Below are positions 18,481 to 28,645 of a stretch of DNA of 64,000 bases, piece by piece. Under the pieces are notes generated by a model, which was not told where the DNA came from, searched no databases, and worked only from the letters and a program-made list of their open reading frames with translations. Origin of the DNA: Clostridiales bacterium (lineage in GTDB: Bacteria; Bacillota; Clostridia; Oscillospirales; Oscillospiraceae). Where the stretch lies: positions 68,570-132,569 of the forward strand of contig JAJPXL010000089.1 in NCBI GenBank assembly GCA_021205455.1, written 5' to 3'. A program made the translations under genes and the position numbers. How positions within the stretch are numbered: the first letter of the stretch is position 1; each line of letters starts with the position of its first letter.

Positions 18481-19878
18481 ATGAAGAACACACGCAAATT
18501 GCTCGCTCTGCTTCTGGCGCTTGCCATGTGCCTCGGGCTGGCTGCCTGCGGCGGCAGCTCCGACGAGGACACGGATGACAGCGGCAGCGCAAGCTCCACA
18601 GCCGACGACAGCTCCACCGAAGAGGGCGGCGACAGCTCCTCTGCCGAGGAGACCGGCAATGACGACAGCGGCAGCGCCGAAGAAGTCACCATCACCTGGG
18701 CCCTGTGGGACTATGACAGCACCGCTTACTGGAGCGCCCTGAAGGAGGGCTACGAGTCCACCCATGAGGGCGTGACCATCGAGGTCATCGACCTTGGCTC
18801 CACCGATTACATGACGCAGCTGGCCACCCAGCTGGCCGGCGGCAACAGCGAGCTGGACGTCGTCTCCATCAAGGACATCCCCGGCTACTCCAACCTGATC
18901 AACCTGGGCCTGTTGGAGGCCATGAACGACAACCTGGCCATCGACGAGGCGGACTTCAACGGTGTGCTGGAGCAGCTGACTGCGGACGACGGCAACTATT
19001 ACGCCGTGCCCTTCCGCTCCGACTTCTGGGTCCTGTACTACAACAAGGACATCTTTGATGCAGCCGGCATCGACTATCCCACCAACGACATGACCATGGA
19101 GGAGTATGACGCTCTGGCCCGTGAGCTGACCAGCGGCGAAGGCTCTGAGAAGATTTACGGCACCCATTACCACACCTGGCGCTCTGACGTGACCCTGTTC
19201 GGTATCTTGGACGGGGAGCACACCATCATCGATGGCGAGTACGACTTCCTGACGGATTACTACAACCTGGTGCTCTCCGAGCAGGAGGACGGCATCTGCA
19301 TGGATTACGGTGAGCTCAAGACCTCCGGTCTGCACTACTCCGCCGCCTTTGAGAATGGCCAGGCCGCCATGTGCCCCATGGGCAGCTGGTTCATCGCCAC
19401 CCTCCAGACCTACAACTCTGAGGCCGAGGCCAACGGCGTAGACGAGGTCAACTTCGGCATCGTCAAGTATCCCCATCCCGATGGCGTCGAGGCCGGCACC
19501 ACCCTGGGTACTGTGACCTCTTTGGGCGTCAACACCAACTCGGAGAACAAGGAAGCCGCCATTGACTTCGTGAACTGGTGCGCATCTTCTGAGGGCGCTG
19601 ACATCATGGCCTCCACCGGCTCCTTCCCCGCCGTCTCCACTGACGACACCGTCTCCATCATCTCTGCCACTGAGGGCTTCCCCAGCGACGAAAGCTCCCT
19701 GGAAGCGCTGAACACCGTGGCTGTCTATCTGGAGATGCCGCTGTCCTCCTATGCCTCTGAGATCGAGACCATCCTGAACACCGAGCATGACGCCATCATG
19801 ACCGGCGCAGAGACCGTCGAAGAGGGCATCGCCAACATGAACGAGCAGGTTCAGGCCATCCTGGCGGACGGCGAATAA
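18481..19878 (+). CDS. Carbohydrate ABC transporter substrate-binding lipoprotein (YesO-like)
   Basis: AGGAGG RBS. Signal peptide plus lipobox (LALAMCLGLAACGG), an acidic Ser/Asp linker, then a family-1 SBP body. Confidence 0.9.
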   Translation: MKNTRKLLALLLALAMCLGLAACGGSSDEDTDDSGSASSTADDSSTEEGGDSSSAEETGNDDSGSAEEVTITWALWDYDSTAYWSALKEGYESTHEGVTIEVIDLGSTDYMTQLATQLAGGNSELDVVSIKDIPGYSNLINLGLLEAMNDNLAIDEADFNGVLEQLTADDGNYYAVPFRSDFWVLYYNKDIFDAAGIDYPTNDMTMEEYDALARELTSGEGSEKIYGTHYHTWRSDVTLFGILDGEHTIIDGEYDFLTDYYNLVLSEQEDGICMDYGELKTSGLHYSAAFENGQAAMCPMGSWFIATLQTYNSEAEANGVDEVNFGIVKYPHPDGVEAGTTLGTVTSLGVNTNSENKEAAIDFVNWCASSEGADIMASTGSFPAVSTDDTVSIISATEGFPSDESSLEALNTVAVYLEMPLSSYASEIETILNTEHDAIMTGAETVEEGIANMNEQVQAILADGE

Positions 19879-19925
19879 GCGCACAGCGCAGCCTCACATT
19901 CCCTGAAAACACATCTCAATGAAAA

Positions 19926-19951
19926 GGGGCGGGCAGTTCGCCCGCCCCTTT
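19926..19951 (+). terminator. Intra-operon GC hairpin after the SBP gene
   Basis: GGGGCGGGC / GCCCGCCCC 9-bp stem, 5-nt loop, weak TTT tail. Confidence 0.5.
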
Positions 19952-20004
19952 CCCATGCCCCCGAAGAAGTGAAAAAGCGCTTATGAAAGGAGAATTGAAC
20001 CGAG

Positions 20005-20919
20005 ATGGCAACAAAACCCGTTGCAAAATCGGAAAAGAAGCCGATGAAAAAGGAAACGCGCAACACCCTGATTGCCTATTCCTTCATCGCCCCCAACTTT
20101 ATCGGATTCTGCGTTTTCACCCTGGTCCCCATGGCGTTTGCCATTGCCCTGGCGTTCTGCAGCTGGGACGGCGTCAATGCCATCGAATTTGTGGGTTTCC
20201 AGAACTTCATTGACCTGGTCACTGACTCCACCTTCCTGGCAGCCTTCAAAAATACCATCGTCTATTCCGTAGCCGTTGTGCCGCTGACCCTGGTCTGCGC
20301 CCTGGGGCTGGCCGTCCTGCTGAACCAGCCCATCAAGGGCCGGAACTTCTTCCGGACGGTGGCGTTCTTCCCCTATGTCGCCTCCCTGGTGGCGGTGGCC
20401 GCCGTGTGGAACATGATTTTCAGCCCCAGCATGGGCCCTGTGAACATGATTCTCTCCGCCCTGGGTGTGGAAAACCTCCCCCGGTGGGCGGCCGGCAAGG
20501 AGACCGCCATGCTGACCGTTATCCTGTTCAGCGTCTGGAAGAACATGGGCTACTACATGGTCATGTACCTGGCCGGCCTCCAGGGCACCAACCCGGAGCT
20601 GGAGGAGGCCGCCGAGCTGGACGGCGCCAACCGGTGGCAGGTGTTCTGGCACATCACCCTGCCCCAGCTGCGGCCCACCACCTTCCTGGTGATTATCACC
20701 CTGACCATCGCCTCCTTCAAGGTGTATGACCAGATGTACATGATCACTCAGGGCGGCCCCGGCAACGCCACCATCACGCTGGTGTACTACATCTACAACG
20801 TAGCCTTTGTCAACACGCCAAAGTATGGCTACGCCAGCGCGGTCGCTATGGTGCTGTTCGTTCTGGTATTGATTGTCACAATCATCCAGTTCCGCGGCTC
20901 CTCCAACGACGATAACTGA
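20005..20919 (+). CDS. Carbohydrate ABC transporter permease (YesP/MalF-like)
   Basis: 6-TM permease with an EAA-type loop (EEAAELDGANRWQVFWHITLPQL). Confidence 0.9.
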   Translation: MATKPVAKSEKKPMKKETRNTLIAYSFIAPNFIGFCVFTLVPMAFAIALAFCSWDGVNAIEFVGFQNFIDLVTDSTFLAAFKNTIVYSVAVVPLTLVCALGLAVLLNQPIKGRNFFRTVAFFPYVASLVAVAAVWNMIFSPSMGPVNMILSALGVENLPRWAAGKETAMLTVILFSVWKNMGYYMVMYLAGLQGTNPELEEAAELDGANRWQVFWHITLPQLRPTTFLVIITLTIASFKVYDQMYMITQGGPGNATITLVYYIYNVAFVNTPKYGYASAVAMVLFVLVLIVTIIQFRGSSNDDN

Positions 20920-20935
20920 GAGAGGAGGCGCATTT

Positions 20936-21793
20936 ATGGCAACCCAAGCGGTCAAAACCCAATCCGCCAAGACGCGGCATAACGTTTCCATGGTCATCAT
21001 CTATGTCCTCCTCATCCTCATCGCTGCGGTCATGCTGGTTCCCTTTGTGTGGATGCTCTCCGCCTCTTTGAAGCTGAACAAGGACGTGTTCGCCTTCCCC
21101 ATTGAGTGGATTCCCTCCAACCCCCGTTGGCGGAACTATGTGGACATCTGGACGAAAATCCCCCTGCTGACCTTCATCAAGAACAGCGCCAAGCTGACCA
21201 TCATTGTGACGCTGCTCCAGCTCTTCACCTCCAGCTTTGCGGCCTACGCCTTCGCCAAGCTGGACTTCAAGGGCAAGAACACGCTGTTCCTGGGCTACAT
21301 CGCCACCATCGCCGTACCCTGGCAGGCCTACATGGTACCCCAGTTTATGATGATGCGCTCCTGGAACCTGAACAACACCCATCTGGCCATCATCTGCCTC
21401 CAGGCGTTCAGCGCCTTCGGCGTGTTCCTGATGAAGCAGTTCTATGAGGGCGTGCCCTCTGAGCTGTGCGAGGCGGCCAGAATCGACGGCCTCTCGGAGT
21501 ACGGCATCTGGGCGCGGATTATGCTGCCCCTGTCTAAGCCGGCCCTGTCCACCCTGACCATCATCACCTTCGTCAACACCTGGAACGACTTCCTCGGCCC
21601 CCTGATTTACCTGACCAAGACCGAGCTGAAAACCATCCAAATCGGCCTGCGTATGTTCATCAGCCAGTACTCTGCGGAGTACGGCCTGATCATGGCGGCC
21701 TCGGTGATTGCGCTGATTCCGGTGCTGATCGTGTTCCTGGCGCTGCAAAAGTACTTTGTCCAGGGCGTGGCCACCTCCGGTCTGAAAGGCTAA
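20936..21793 (+). CDS. Carbohydrate ABC transporter permease (YesQ/MalG-like)
   Basis: EAA loop (CEAARIDGLSEYGIWARIMLPLSKP). The start was chosen at MATQAVK with a GAGAGGAGG RBS, which trims the ORF-track extension. Confidence 0.9.
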   Translation: MATQAVKTQSAKTRHNVSMVIIYVLLILIAAVMLVPFVWMLSASLKLNKDVFAFPIEWIPSNPRWRNYVDIWTKIPLLTFIKNSAKLTIIVTLLQLFTSSFAAYAFAKLDFKGKNTLFLGYIATIAVPWQAYMVPQFMMMRSWNLNNTHLAIICLQAFSAFGVFLMKQFYEGVPSELCEAARIDGLSEYGIWARIMLPLSKPALSTLTIITFVNTWNDFLGPLIYLTKTELKTIQIGLRMFISQYSAEYGLIMAASVIALIPVLIVFLALQKYFVQGVATSGLKG

Positions 21794-21821
21794 CCTTCCC
21801 ATCAAATTATATCGTCACACT

Positions 21822-21866
21822 CCGACAGGGGCGGGGGGATTCGCCCTGTCCCTGTCGGCTTTTTTG
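21822..21866 (+). terminator. Strong rho-independent terminator directly abutting the GH88 RBS
   Basis: CCGACAGGG (21822-21830) pairs with CCCTGTCGG (21850-21858), followed by CTTTTTT. GAGGAGG and the ATG at 21878 follow immediately. Confidence 0.7.
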
Positions 21867-21877
21867 AGGAGGCATCC

Positions 21878-23035
21878 ATGCACGAAACCATCACCCCCCT
21901 GACGGACGGGGCGGCTATGGCCGCCCTGGATAGCTGCGTCCGCCAGGTGCGGGAAAATCTGCCCCTGTACACCCACCGCTGCCAAAACCACACCAGCGTG
22001 AACGGCATTTACCCCGCCTGTGATAACGTCCAGTGGACCTGCGGCTTCTGGCCGGGGGAGGTCTGGCTGGCCTATGAGCGCACTGGAGAGGACTGCTTCC
22101 GGGAGGCCGGGCTGACCCTGGTGGACAGCTTTTATGACCGCATCTGCAAGAAGGTCGAGGTGGACCATCACGATATGGGCTTCCTCTATAGCCCCTCCTG
22201 TGTGGCGGCCTGGCGGCTCACCGGCAGCGAAATGGCCAGGGAAGCGGCCATTCTGGCGGCGGACCAGCTGCTGACCCGCTTCCAGCCAAAGGGGAAGTTC
22301 CTCCAGGCCTGGGGACCAATGGGAGCAGAGGAAAACTATCGGTTCATCATTGACTGCCTGCTGAACATCCCTCTGCTATACTGGGCCGGTCGGGAGACGG
22401 GTGACCCCAAATACGCCGACATCGCCGGACGCCATGCCAGGACCTGCCTGGCTTACTCCTTCCGGCCCGACGGCTCCACCTATCACACCTTTTTTATGAA
22501 CCGGGACGGCACCCCCTCCCACGGGGAGACCTGCCAGGGCTACCGGAATGACAGCTTTTGGGCCAGGGGCCAGGCCTGGGGTGTCTACGGCAGCATCCTG
22601 AGCTATCGGTATACAAAGGACCCCGCCTATCTGGACACCTTCCGCAGGGCGCTTGCCTTCTACCTGACCCGGCTGCCGGAGGACTTGGTGCCCTACTGGG
22701 ATATGATTTTCACCGACGGAAGCGGCGAACCCCGGGACTCCTCAGCGGCGGCTGTCGTGGCCTGCGGGCTGCTGGAGGCCGTCCGCTGGCTCCCTAGGGA
22801 GGAGGGCGAACAGTGTGAAGCCATGGCCCGGCAGATGCTGGGCAGCCTGAGCCGAAGCTATGCTGTACCGAAGCCTGTTCCGGGCACCGGTCTGCTGCTT
22901 CACGGCACCTACAGTAAAAAGAGCCCCTACAACACCTGCACCCCGGAGGGGGTGGACGAGTGTACCGGTTGGGGCGATTATTTTTACCTGGAGGCATTGA
23001 CACGGCTGACCAGAGACTGGTATCCTTATTGGTGA
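21878..23035 (+). CDS. ugl: GH88 unsaturated glucuronyl hydrolase
   Basis: Blocks typical of Bacillus UGL: WTCGFWPG, DHHDMGFLY, IIDCLLNIPLLYW, RPDGSTYHTF, QGYRNDSFWARGQAWGVYG, PYWDM, RDSSAAAVVACGLLE, GWGDYFYLEAL. Confidence 0.85.
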   Translation: MHETITPLTDGAAMAALDSCVRQVRENLPLYTHRCQNHTSVNGIYPACDNVQWTCGFWPGEVWLAYERTGEDCFREAGLTLVDSFYDRICKKVEVDHHDMGFLYSPSCVAAWRLTGSEMAREAAILAADQLLTRFQPKGKFLQAWGPMGAEENYRFIIDCLLNIPLLYWAGRETGDPKYADIAGRHARTCLAYSFRPDGSTYHTFFMNRDGTPSHGETCQGYRNDSFWARGQAWGVYGSILSYRYTKDPAYLDTFRRALAFYLTRLPEDLVPYWDMIFTDGSGEPRDSSAAAVVACGLLEAVRWLPREEGEQCEAMARQMLGSLSRSYAVPKPVPGTGLLLHGTYSKKSPYNTCTPEGVDECTGWGDYFYLEALTRLTRDWYPYW

Positions 23036-23047
23036 CAGGAGGGGACA

Positions 23048-24808
23048 ATGAAACGCTATCATTACACGGTGGAGGACTTCTCCACCAAAGCGGCGGCCCA
23101 GGCTGCCCTGATGCGGCTGCTCCAGCCCCTGAAGCCCTTCTACAGTGAGGCGGGGGCGCGGCTGGCGCTGGGCGTCACCAGCACCCACTATGAAAACGAC
23201 TCCATTGAGATGGAGTCCTTCGCCCGCCCTCTGTGGGGGCTGATTCCCTTCTGGGCCGGCGGCGGACGGGAGCCGTTGCCGTCAAGCGGCACTTCCGGCA
23301 CTTCGTGCCTCCCTGTCTTTGAGGCGCTGTACCTCCAGGGTCTGACCGCCGGAACCGACCCGGAGCATCCGGAGTACTGGCACACCTGCCGGGACTTCGA
23401 CCAGAAGTTCTGCGAGATGGCGGCGCTTTCCTACGGGATGCTGCTGGCCCCGGAGCGGGTCTGGGACCCCCTGACCGAGCAGGCGAAATCAAACCTGACG
23501 GATTGGCTGTGGGAAATCAACCGCCACCAGTGCTGCGCCTGCAACTGGCAGTGGTTCGCCATCCTCACCAATCTGGCGCTGAAGGTACGGGGGCGGCCCT
23601 ACAGCCAGGAGCGCATCGACTCCGGCCTCGCCATGCTGGAGGACTACTACGATGACGGCGGCTGGTACCGGGACGGCAACGGGGGAGACAAGGACTATTA
23701 CAACCCCTTCGTCATGGTGTCCTACGGTCTGCTCTACGCCATGTTTATGGAGGACGAGGAGCCGGAGCGCTGCCAAACCTTCCGCCAGCGGGCCAGGGAC
23801 TTCGCCAGGGATTACATCTACTGGTTCGCGGACGATGGGGCCGCCATCGCCTATGGCCGCTCCATGACATACCGCTTCGCCCAGGGGGCGTTCTTCGCCA
23901 TCGCGCTGCTGGCGGGGGAGGAGGTGCTGCCCCTACCGGTGATGAAGGGCATCCTCACCCGACACCTGACCTGGTGGCTGAATCAGCCCATCTACGACAA
24001 TGCCGGGGTGCTGACCATCGGCTACGCCTATCCCAATCTCCAGATGTCCGAGAGCTACAACGCCCCCGGCTCCCCCTATTGGGCCTTGAAAGCCTTCGCG
24101 TTCCTGGCTCTGCCGGACGAGCACCCCTTTTGGAGCGTGGAGGCTGCGCCCATGCCGACCCTGGAGAAACAGCATTACCTGCCCCACGCCGGGATGTTCC
24201 TCCAGCGGGGGCGGGACAACGTGGTGGCCCTGGTGCCGGGGCGCTTACAGGCCGACGGCCACAGCCATACGGTGGAGAAGTACAGCAAATTTGCCTACTC
24301 CAGTCGGTTCGCCTTCAACATCTCCCGTACTCCTGTGACCCTGGGGGAGATGGCCCCGGACAGTATGCTCTGCTTTCAGGTGGGGGGCTACTTCTATGTG
24401 AAGGACCTGGTGGAGCCGGAGTATCATATTGGGGAGGACGGGCTGGACTTCCGCTGGTCGCCCCTGGAGGGCATCCGGGTGCGCACCCGGCTCGTCCCCA
24501 ACGACAGGGGTCACCTCCGCATCCACACGATTGAGAGCAGCTTCGACTGCACCGCCTATGACTGCGGCTTTGCCCTCTCCACTGACGACCGCATTTCCTT
24601 CCGCCGGAGGGCGGAGGGGCCAACGGCAGAGGTGGTCAGTGAGGGTGACCGCTGCGCCGTCACCTCCCTGGCGGGAGACGGCAGGGGAGAGGTACTGATT
24701 CCCGACCCCAACACCAACCTGATTGCCACGAAGACCTCTATCCCCATGGCGGTATACGCCGTCCGCAAGGGGGTTCAGACGATTCAAACTCAGGTGGATT
24801 ACCTTTGA
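23048..24808 (+). CDS. DUF2264-family protein (uncharacterised, probably carbohydrate-active)
   Basis: Assigned from size, genomic context and my recollection of DUF2264 sequence character (ESFARPLWGLIPFWAGG...). From memory only, this family may correspond to CAZy GH154. Confidence 0.55.
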   Translation: MKRYHYTVEDFSTKAAAQAALMRLLQPLKPFYSEAGARLALGVTSTHYENDSIEMESFARPLWGLIPFWAGGGREPLPSSGTSGTSCLPVFEALYLQGLTAGTDPEHPEYWHTCRDFDQKFCEMAALSYGMLLAPERVWDPLTEQAKSNLTDWLWEINRHQCCACNWQWFAILTNLALKVRGRPYSQERIDSGLAMLEDYYDDGGWYRDGNGGDKDYYNPFVMVSYGLLYAMFMEDEEPERCQTFRQRARDFARDYIYWFADDGAAIAYGRSMTYRFAQGAFFAIALLAGEEVLPLPVMKGILTRHLTWWLNQPIYDNAGVLTIGYAYPNLQMSESYNAPGSPYWALKAFAFLALPDEHPFWSVEAAPMPTLEKQHYLPHAGMFLQRGRDNVVALVPGRLQADGHSHTVEKYSKFAYSSRFAFNISRTPVTLGEMAPDSMLCFQVGGYFYVKDLVEPEYHIGEDGLDFRWSPLEGIRVRTRLVPNDRGHLRIHTIESSFDCTAYDCGFALSTDDRISFRRRAEGPTAEVVSEGDRCAVTSLAGDGRGEVLIPDPNTNLIATKTSIPMAVYAVRKGVQTIQTQVDYL

Positions 24809-24837
24809 AACTTTGACTGTAAAGGAGAAATGCGATT

Positions 24838-25680
24838 ATGGACATCCGTTATTCTGCCAACCAGCGGGACGTGAAACGCTACACCACTCAGGAGCTGCGG
24901 GACGAGTTCCTGATTCAAAACCTGTACCAGCCCGACCGGGTGGCAGCGGTCTACAGCCATGTGGACAGAATGGTGACGTTGGGCTGTATGCCTGTGCATG
25001 AAACCGTCTCCATCGATAAGGGCATCGACGTCTGGGCCAGCTTCGGCACCGCCTACTTCCTGGAGCGCCGGGAAATCGGCATCTTCAATATCGGCGCACC
25101 TGGCAAAATCCAGGTGGACGGCATGGTCTATCCCATGGGGAACAAGGACTGCCTGTACATCACCCGTGGGGCGAAGGAGGTGCTGCTTGCCAGCGACAGC
25201 CCGGAGGCCCCCGCCAAGTTCTACATGGTGTCCGCCCCGGCCCACTGTTCCTATGAGACGCGGCTCATCAGGCTGGCCGACGCCGCCAAGCGGCCCCTGG
25301 GCAGCATGGAGACCTCCAATAAGCGGGTCATCAACCAGTTCATCCATCCCGACGTGCTCCCCACCTGCCAGCTCTCTATGGGCATGACGGTGCTGGAGCC
25401 AGGCAGCGTGTGGAACACCATGCCTGCCCACACCCACGAGCGGCGGATGGAAATCTACACCTACTTCGACATTCCGGATGGCAACGTGGTCTTTCACCTG
25501 ATGGGGGAGGGTCAAGAGACCCGCCACATCGTCATGCACAACGAGGAGGCGGTGATTTCCCCCTCCTGGTCCATCCACGCCGGAGCCGGCACCAGCAGTT
25601 ACACCTTTATCTGGGCCATGGGCGGGGAAAACCAGGCCTTTGACGACATGGACAACATCGACATCCCCGATTTGAGGTGA
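24838..25680 (+). CDS. kduI: 5-dehydro-4-deoxy-D-glucuronate isomerase
   Basis: Near-colinear with E. coli KduI: YFLERREIGIFNIG, CQLSMGMTVLEPGSVWNTMPAHTHERRMEIY, ETRHIVMHNEEAVISPSWSIH, FIWAMGGENQAFDDMD. Confidence 0.95.
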   Translation: MDIRYSANQRDVKRYTTQELRDEFLIQNLYQPDRVAAVYSHVDRMVTLGCMPVHETVSIDKGIDVWASFGTAYFLERREIGIFNIGAPGKIQVDGMVYPMGNKDCLYITRGAKEVLLASDSPEAPAKFYMVSAPAHCSYETRLIRLADAAKRPLGSMETSNKRVINQFIHPDVLPTCQLSMGMTVLEPGSVWNTMPAHTHERRMEIYTYFDIPDGNVVFHLMGEGQETRHIVMHNEEAVISPSWSIHAGAGTSSYTFIWAMGGENQAFDDMDNIDIPDLR

Positions 25681-25685
25681 GCGGT

Positions 25686-26489
25686 ATGAGCAATATTCTG
25701 GATGCATTCTCCCTGGAGGGAAAGCTGGCGCTGGTCACCGGCGGCACCTACGGCATCGGCTTCGCCATTGCCAAAGCCTTCGGCGAGGCGGGGGCCAAAA
25801 TCGTCTTTAACGGTCATAATGCGGAGCGGCTGGCCCAGGCGGAGGCGGCCTACCGGGAGGCGGGCATCGACGCCAAAGGCTACCTCTGCGACGTGACGGA
25901 CGAGGAACAGGTGCAGGCCATGGTGGCCCAAATCCGCGAGGAAGTCGGCATCATTGACATCCTGGTGAACAATGCCGGCATCATCAAACGCATCCCCATG
26001 TGCGAGATGTCCGCCGCCGAATTCCGCCAGGTGGTGGACGTGGATCTGAACGCCCCCTTCATCGTCTCCAAGGCGGTGATTCCGGGCATGATCGAAAAGG
26101 GGCACGGCAAAATCATCAACATCTGCTCCATGATGAGCGAGCTGGGGCGGGAGACCGTCTCCGCCTACGCCGCCGCCAAGGGCGGGCTGAAAATGCTGAC
26201 GAAAAACATCTGCTCCGAGTTCGGCGGGCAGAACATCCAGTGCAACGGCATCGGCCCAGGGTACATCGCAACTCCCCAGACTGCCCCGCTGCGGGAGCTA
26301 CAGCCCGACGGAAGCCGCCACCCCTTTGACCAGTTCATCTGCGCCAAGACCCCGGCGGAGCGCTGGGGCACGGTGGATGACCTGACCGGCCCGGCGGTGT
26401 TCCTGGCCTCTGACGCCTCCAACTTCGTCAACGGGCAGATTCTGTATGTGGACGGCGGCATCCTGGCTTATATCGGGAAGCAGCCGTGA
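25686..26489 (+). CDS. kduD: 2-dehydro-3-deoxy-D-gluconate 5-dehydrogenase (SDR)
   Basis: TGGTYGIG cofactor motif and YAAAKGG catalytic motif. Position is after kduI. The ATG at 25686 has a GAGGTG RBS. Confidence 0.85.
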   Translation: MSNILDAFSLEGKLALVTGGTYGIGFAIAKAFGEAGAKIVFNGHNAERLAQAEAAYREAGIDAKGYLCDVTDEEQVQAMVAQIREEVGIIDILVNNAGIIKRIPMCEMSAAEFRQVVDVDLNAPFIVSKAVIPGMIEKGHGKIINICSMMSELGRETVSAYAAAKGGLKMLTKNICSEFGGQNIQCNGIGPGYIATPQTAPLRELQPDGSRHPFDQFICAKTPAERWGTVDDLTGPAVFLASDASNFVNGQILYVDGGILAYIGKQP

Positions 26490-28645
26490 CCAAAGGAGAA
26501 ACCCAGAATATCGGTTGGCTGACCGTCCCGGAGTGGGCGCACGTCCGGCAAATCAACGTGTTCCGCCGGGAGCAGGACACCTCCCCTCTGCCTCCCACCG
26601 GCGCGCCCGCCAACTTCCATGTGCTGGTGCGGGGCATTCTAACCCTGGGGGAGGGGGACTATCGGCTACGCCTTACCGCCGACGACCACTATCAGCTGTG
26701 GCTGAACGGCGTCTACACCGGGCAAGGCCCCGCCCCCGCCTACCCGGAGCGGTACCCCTATCTGACCTACCCCCTGACGGGGGGACAGACCGTCACCATC
26801 GCCCTCCACCTGTACTATCAGGGCCTCATCAACCGGGTGTGGAACAGCGGCGACGGACGCTTCGGCCTGTGGGTGGAGGTAGTCGGCCCGGAGGGGGAGG
26901 TCTGCCCCATCGACTGGCGCTATCAGCGCTGCACCGCCTATTCCGGCACACCGGTGGGCTACGATACACAGTTCTTGGAGGACTTTGACGCCCGGCAGTA
27001 CCCGGAGGGCTGGGAGCAGCCCGGCTTTGACGACGGGGGCTGGGGCCGCCTTGTCCCCGCCCTCTGGGCAGATTATAACCTGATTCCCCAGGAAACGGCC
27101 CCGCTGTGGGAAGGGGAGAGGCTGCCGGGGAATGTGCGCCCCATCCCCGGCGGACTGCTCCTGGACTTTGGCCGGGAACTGGCGGGAACCCTCCACCTGA
27201 ATGCCAGGGGGCACGACGGGCAGACCGTCCTCCTCCGCTTCGGGGAGGAGTTAGACCGGAAGGGCCGGGTGCGGTACGAGCTGCGGTGCAACTGCCGTTA
27301 TGAGGAGCGCTGGACGCTGCGCGAGGGGGAGAACACCCTTCATCCCTACGATTACAAGGCGTTCCGCTATGCGGAGGTGCTGTATCCGGCTGGGGTGGAG
27401 GTATGGAACCTCCGCGCCAGGGAGCGGCATCACCCGATGAGGGAAGACCTATGCACCCTCCGCTGCCCTGCGGATGACTTGGAGGCCATCTTCTCTATCT
27501 GCAAGAACGCCGTCCGATGCTGTACACAGGATAGCTTCCTGGACTGCTGCACCCGGGAGAAGGGGCAGTACCTGGGGGACGCGGTCATCACCGCCCGCTC
27601 CCACCTGTGGCTCACCGGCGACCCATCCATGCTCCGCAAGTGCATCCGGGACGTTCTGGCCTCAGCCCGCATTTCCCCCACCCTGATGGGGGTGGCCCCC
27701 GGCTCGCTGATGCAGGAGATCGGGGACTTTTCCCTGCTGTTCCCCCAGCTGGTGTGGACGGATTGGCTGTTCACCGGGGACAGGGATTTCCTGCGGGAGT
27801 GCCTCCCCACCATCTCCGCCATGCTGGATACGTTTGCCCGGAAGTGGCAGCGGCCTGACGGCCTGCTGGAGACGGTGGACGAGCTGTGGAACCTGGTGGA
27901 CTGGCCGGAAAATCTGCGGGACGGCTATGACTTCCCCCTGTCCCGGCCCGTTGTAGGGCCTGGCGTCCACAACGTTATCAACGCCCTGTGGTATGGGGCG
28001 CTGGCGATGGAGGAACAGATGGAGGCCGTACTGGGGCTACCGGTGGAAAACCGCTCTGACCGGGTGAAGGATGCCTTTTTGCAGACCTTCTACCGACCAG
28101 AGCAGCGGCTCTTTGCCGACAGCGAGGGCAGTGACCACTGCTCCCTCCACGCCAACCTCTACGCCGCATTCTTCGGCCTGCTCCCAGAGGAGGGGTGGGA
28201 CGCCTATGAGGGGCTGCTCTGCACCCCCGGGCGGGTCTGCGGCGCCATGCCCATGTACTTTGCCCTTCGGGCGCTGGGAGGCATGGGGAAGTACGATACC
28301 CTCTACCGCCTCTTGACCCGAACGGACGAGTACGGCTGGCGGAATATGCTCCGGGAGGGGGCCACCGCCTGCTTTGAAGCCTGGGGCAAGGAGCAGAAAT
28401 GGAACACCAGCCTGTGCCACCCCTGGGCCAGCGGGGCCATCCCCCTCATTGTGGAGGAGCTGGCGGGGTTGCGTCCCGACCCAGACAGCCGGTCGGGGCT
28501 GCGGTTTGAACCCCACCTGCCGGAGGAACTGGACAACTTCACCCTCCAGGCCCCGTTCCGGGGTTCGCTGTTGAAGGTGACGAAACAAAGGGGCTGCGCC
28601 CCCACATTGGAAAGGACGGAATTGGAATGCTTTACCCAAAACTGA
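26486..28645 (+). CDS. GH78-like alpha-L-rhamnosidase family protein (six-hairpin glycosidase)
   Basis: The N-terminal domain pattern (LRLTADDHYQLWLNGVYTGQGP) and the catalytic-domain character are typical of bacterial rhamnosidases. The GTG start overlaps the kduD stop (GTGA). Confidence 0.65.
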   Translation: MTKGETQNIGWLTVPEWAHVRQINVFRREQDTSPLPPTGAPANFHVLVRGILTLGEGDYRLRLTADDHYQLWLNGVYTGQGPAPAYPERYPYLTYPLTGGQTVTIALHLYYQGLINRVWNSGDGRFGLWVEVVGPEGEVCPIDWRYQRCTAYSGTPVGYDTQFLEDFDARQYPEGWEQPGFDDGGWGRLVPALWADYNLIPQETAPLWEGERLPGNVRPIPGGLLLDFGRELAGTLHLNARGHDGQTVLLRFGEELDRKGRVRYELRCNCRYEERWTLREGENTLHPYDYKAFRYAEVLYPAGVEVWNLRARERHHPMREDLCTLRCPADDLEAIFSICKNAVRCCTQDSFLDCCTREKGQYLGDAVITARSHLWLTGDPSMLRKCIRDVLASARISPTLMGVAPGSLMQEIGDFSLLFPQLVWTDWLFTGDRDFLRECLPTISAMLDTFARKWQRPDGLLETVDELWNLVDWPENLRDGYDFPLSRPVVGPGVHNVINALWYGALAMEEQMEAVLGLPVENRSDRVKDAFLQTFYRPEQRLFADSEGSDHCSLHANLYAAFFGLLPEEGWDAYEGLLCTPGRVCGAMPMYFALRALGGMGKYDTLYRLLTRTDEYGWRNMLREGATACFEAWGKEQKWNTSLCHPWASGAIPLIVEELAGLRPDPDSRSGLRFEPHLPEELDNFTLQAPFRGSLLKVTKQRGCAPTLERTELECFTQN

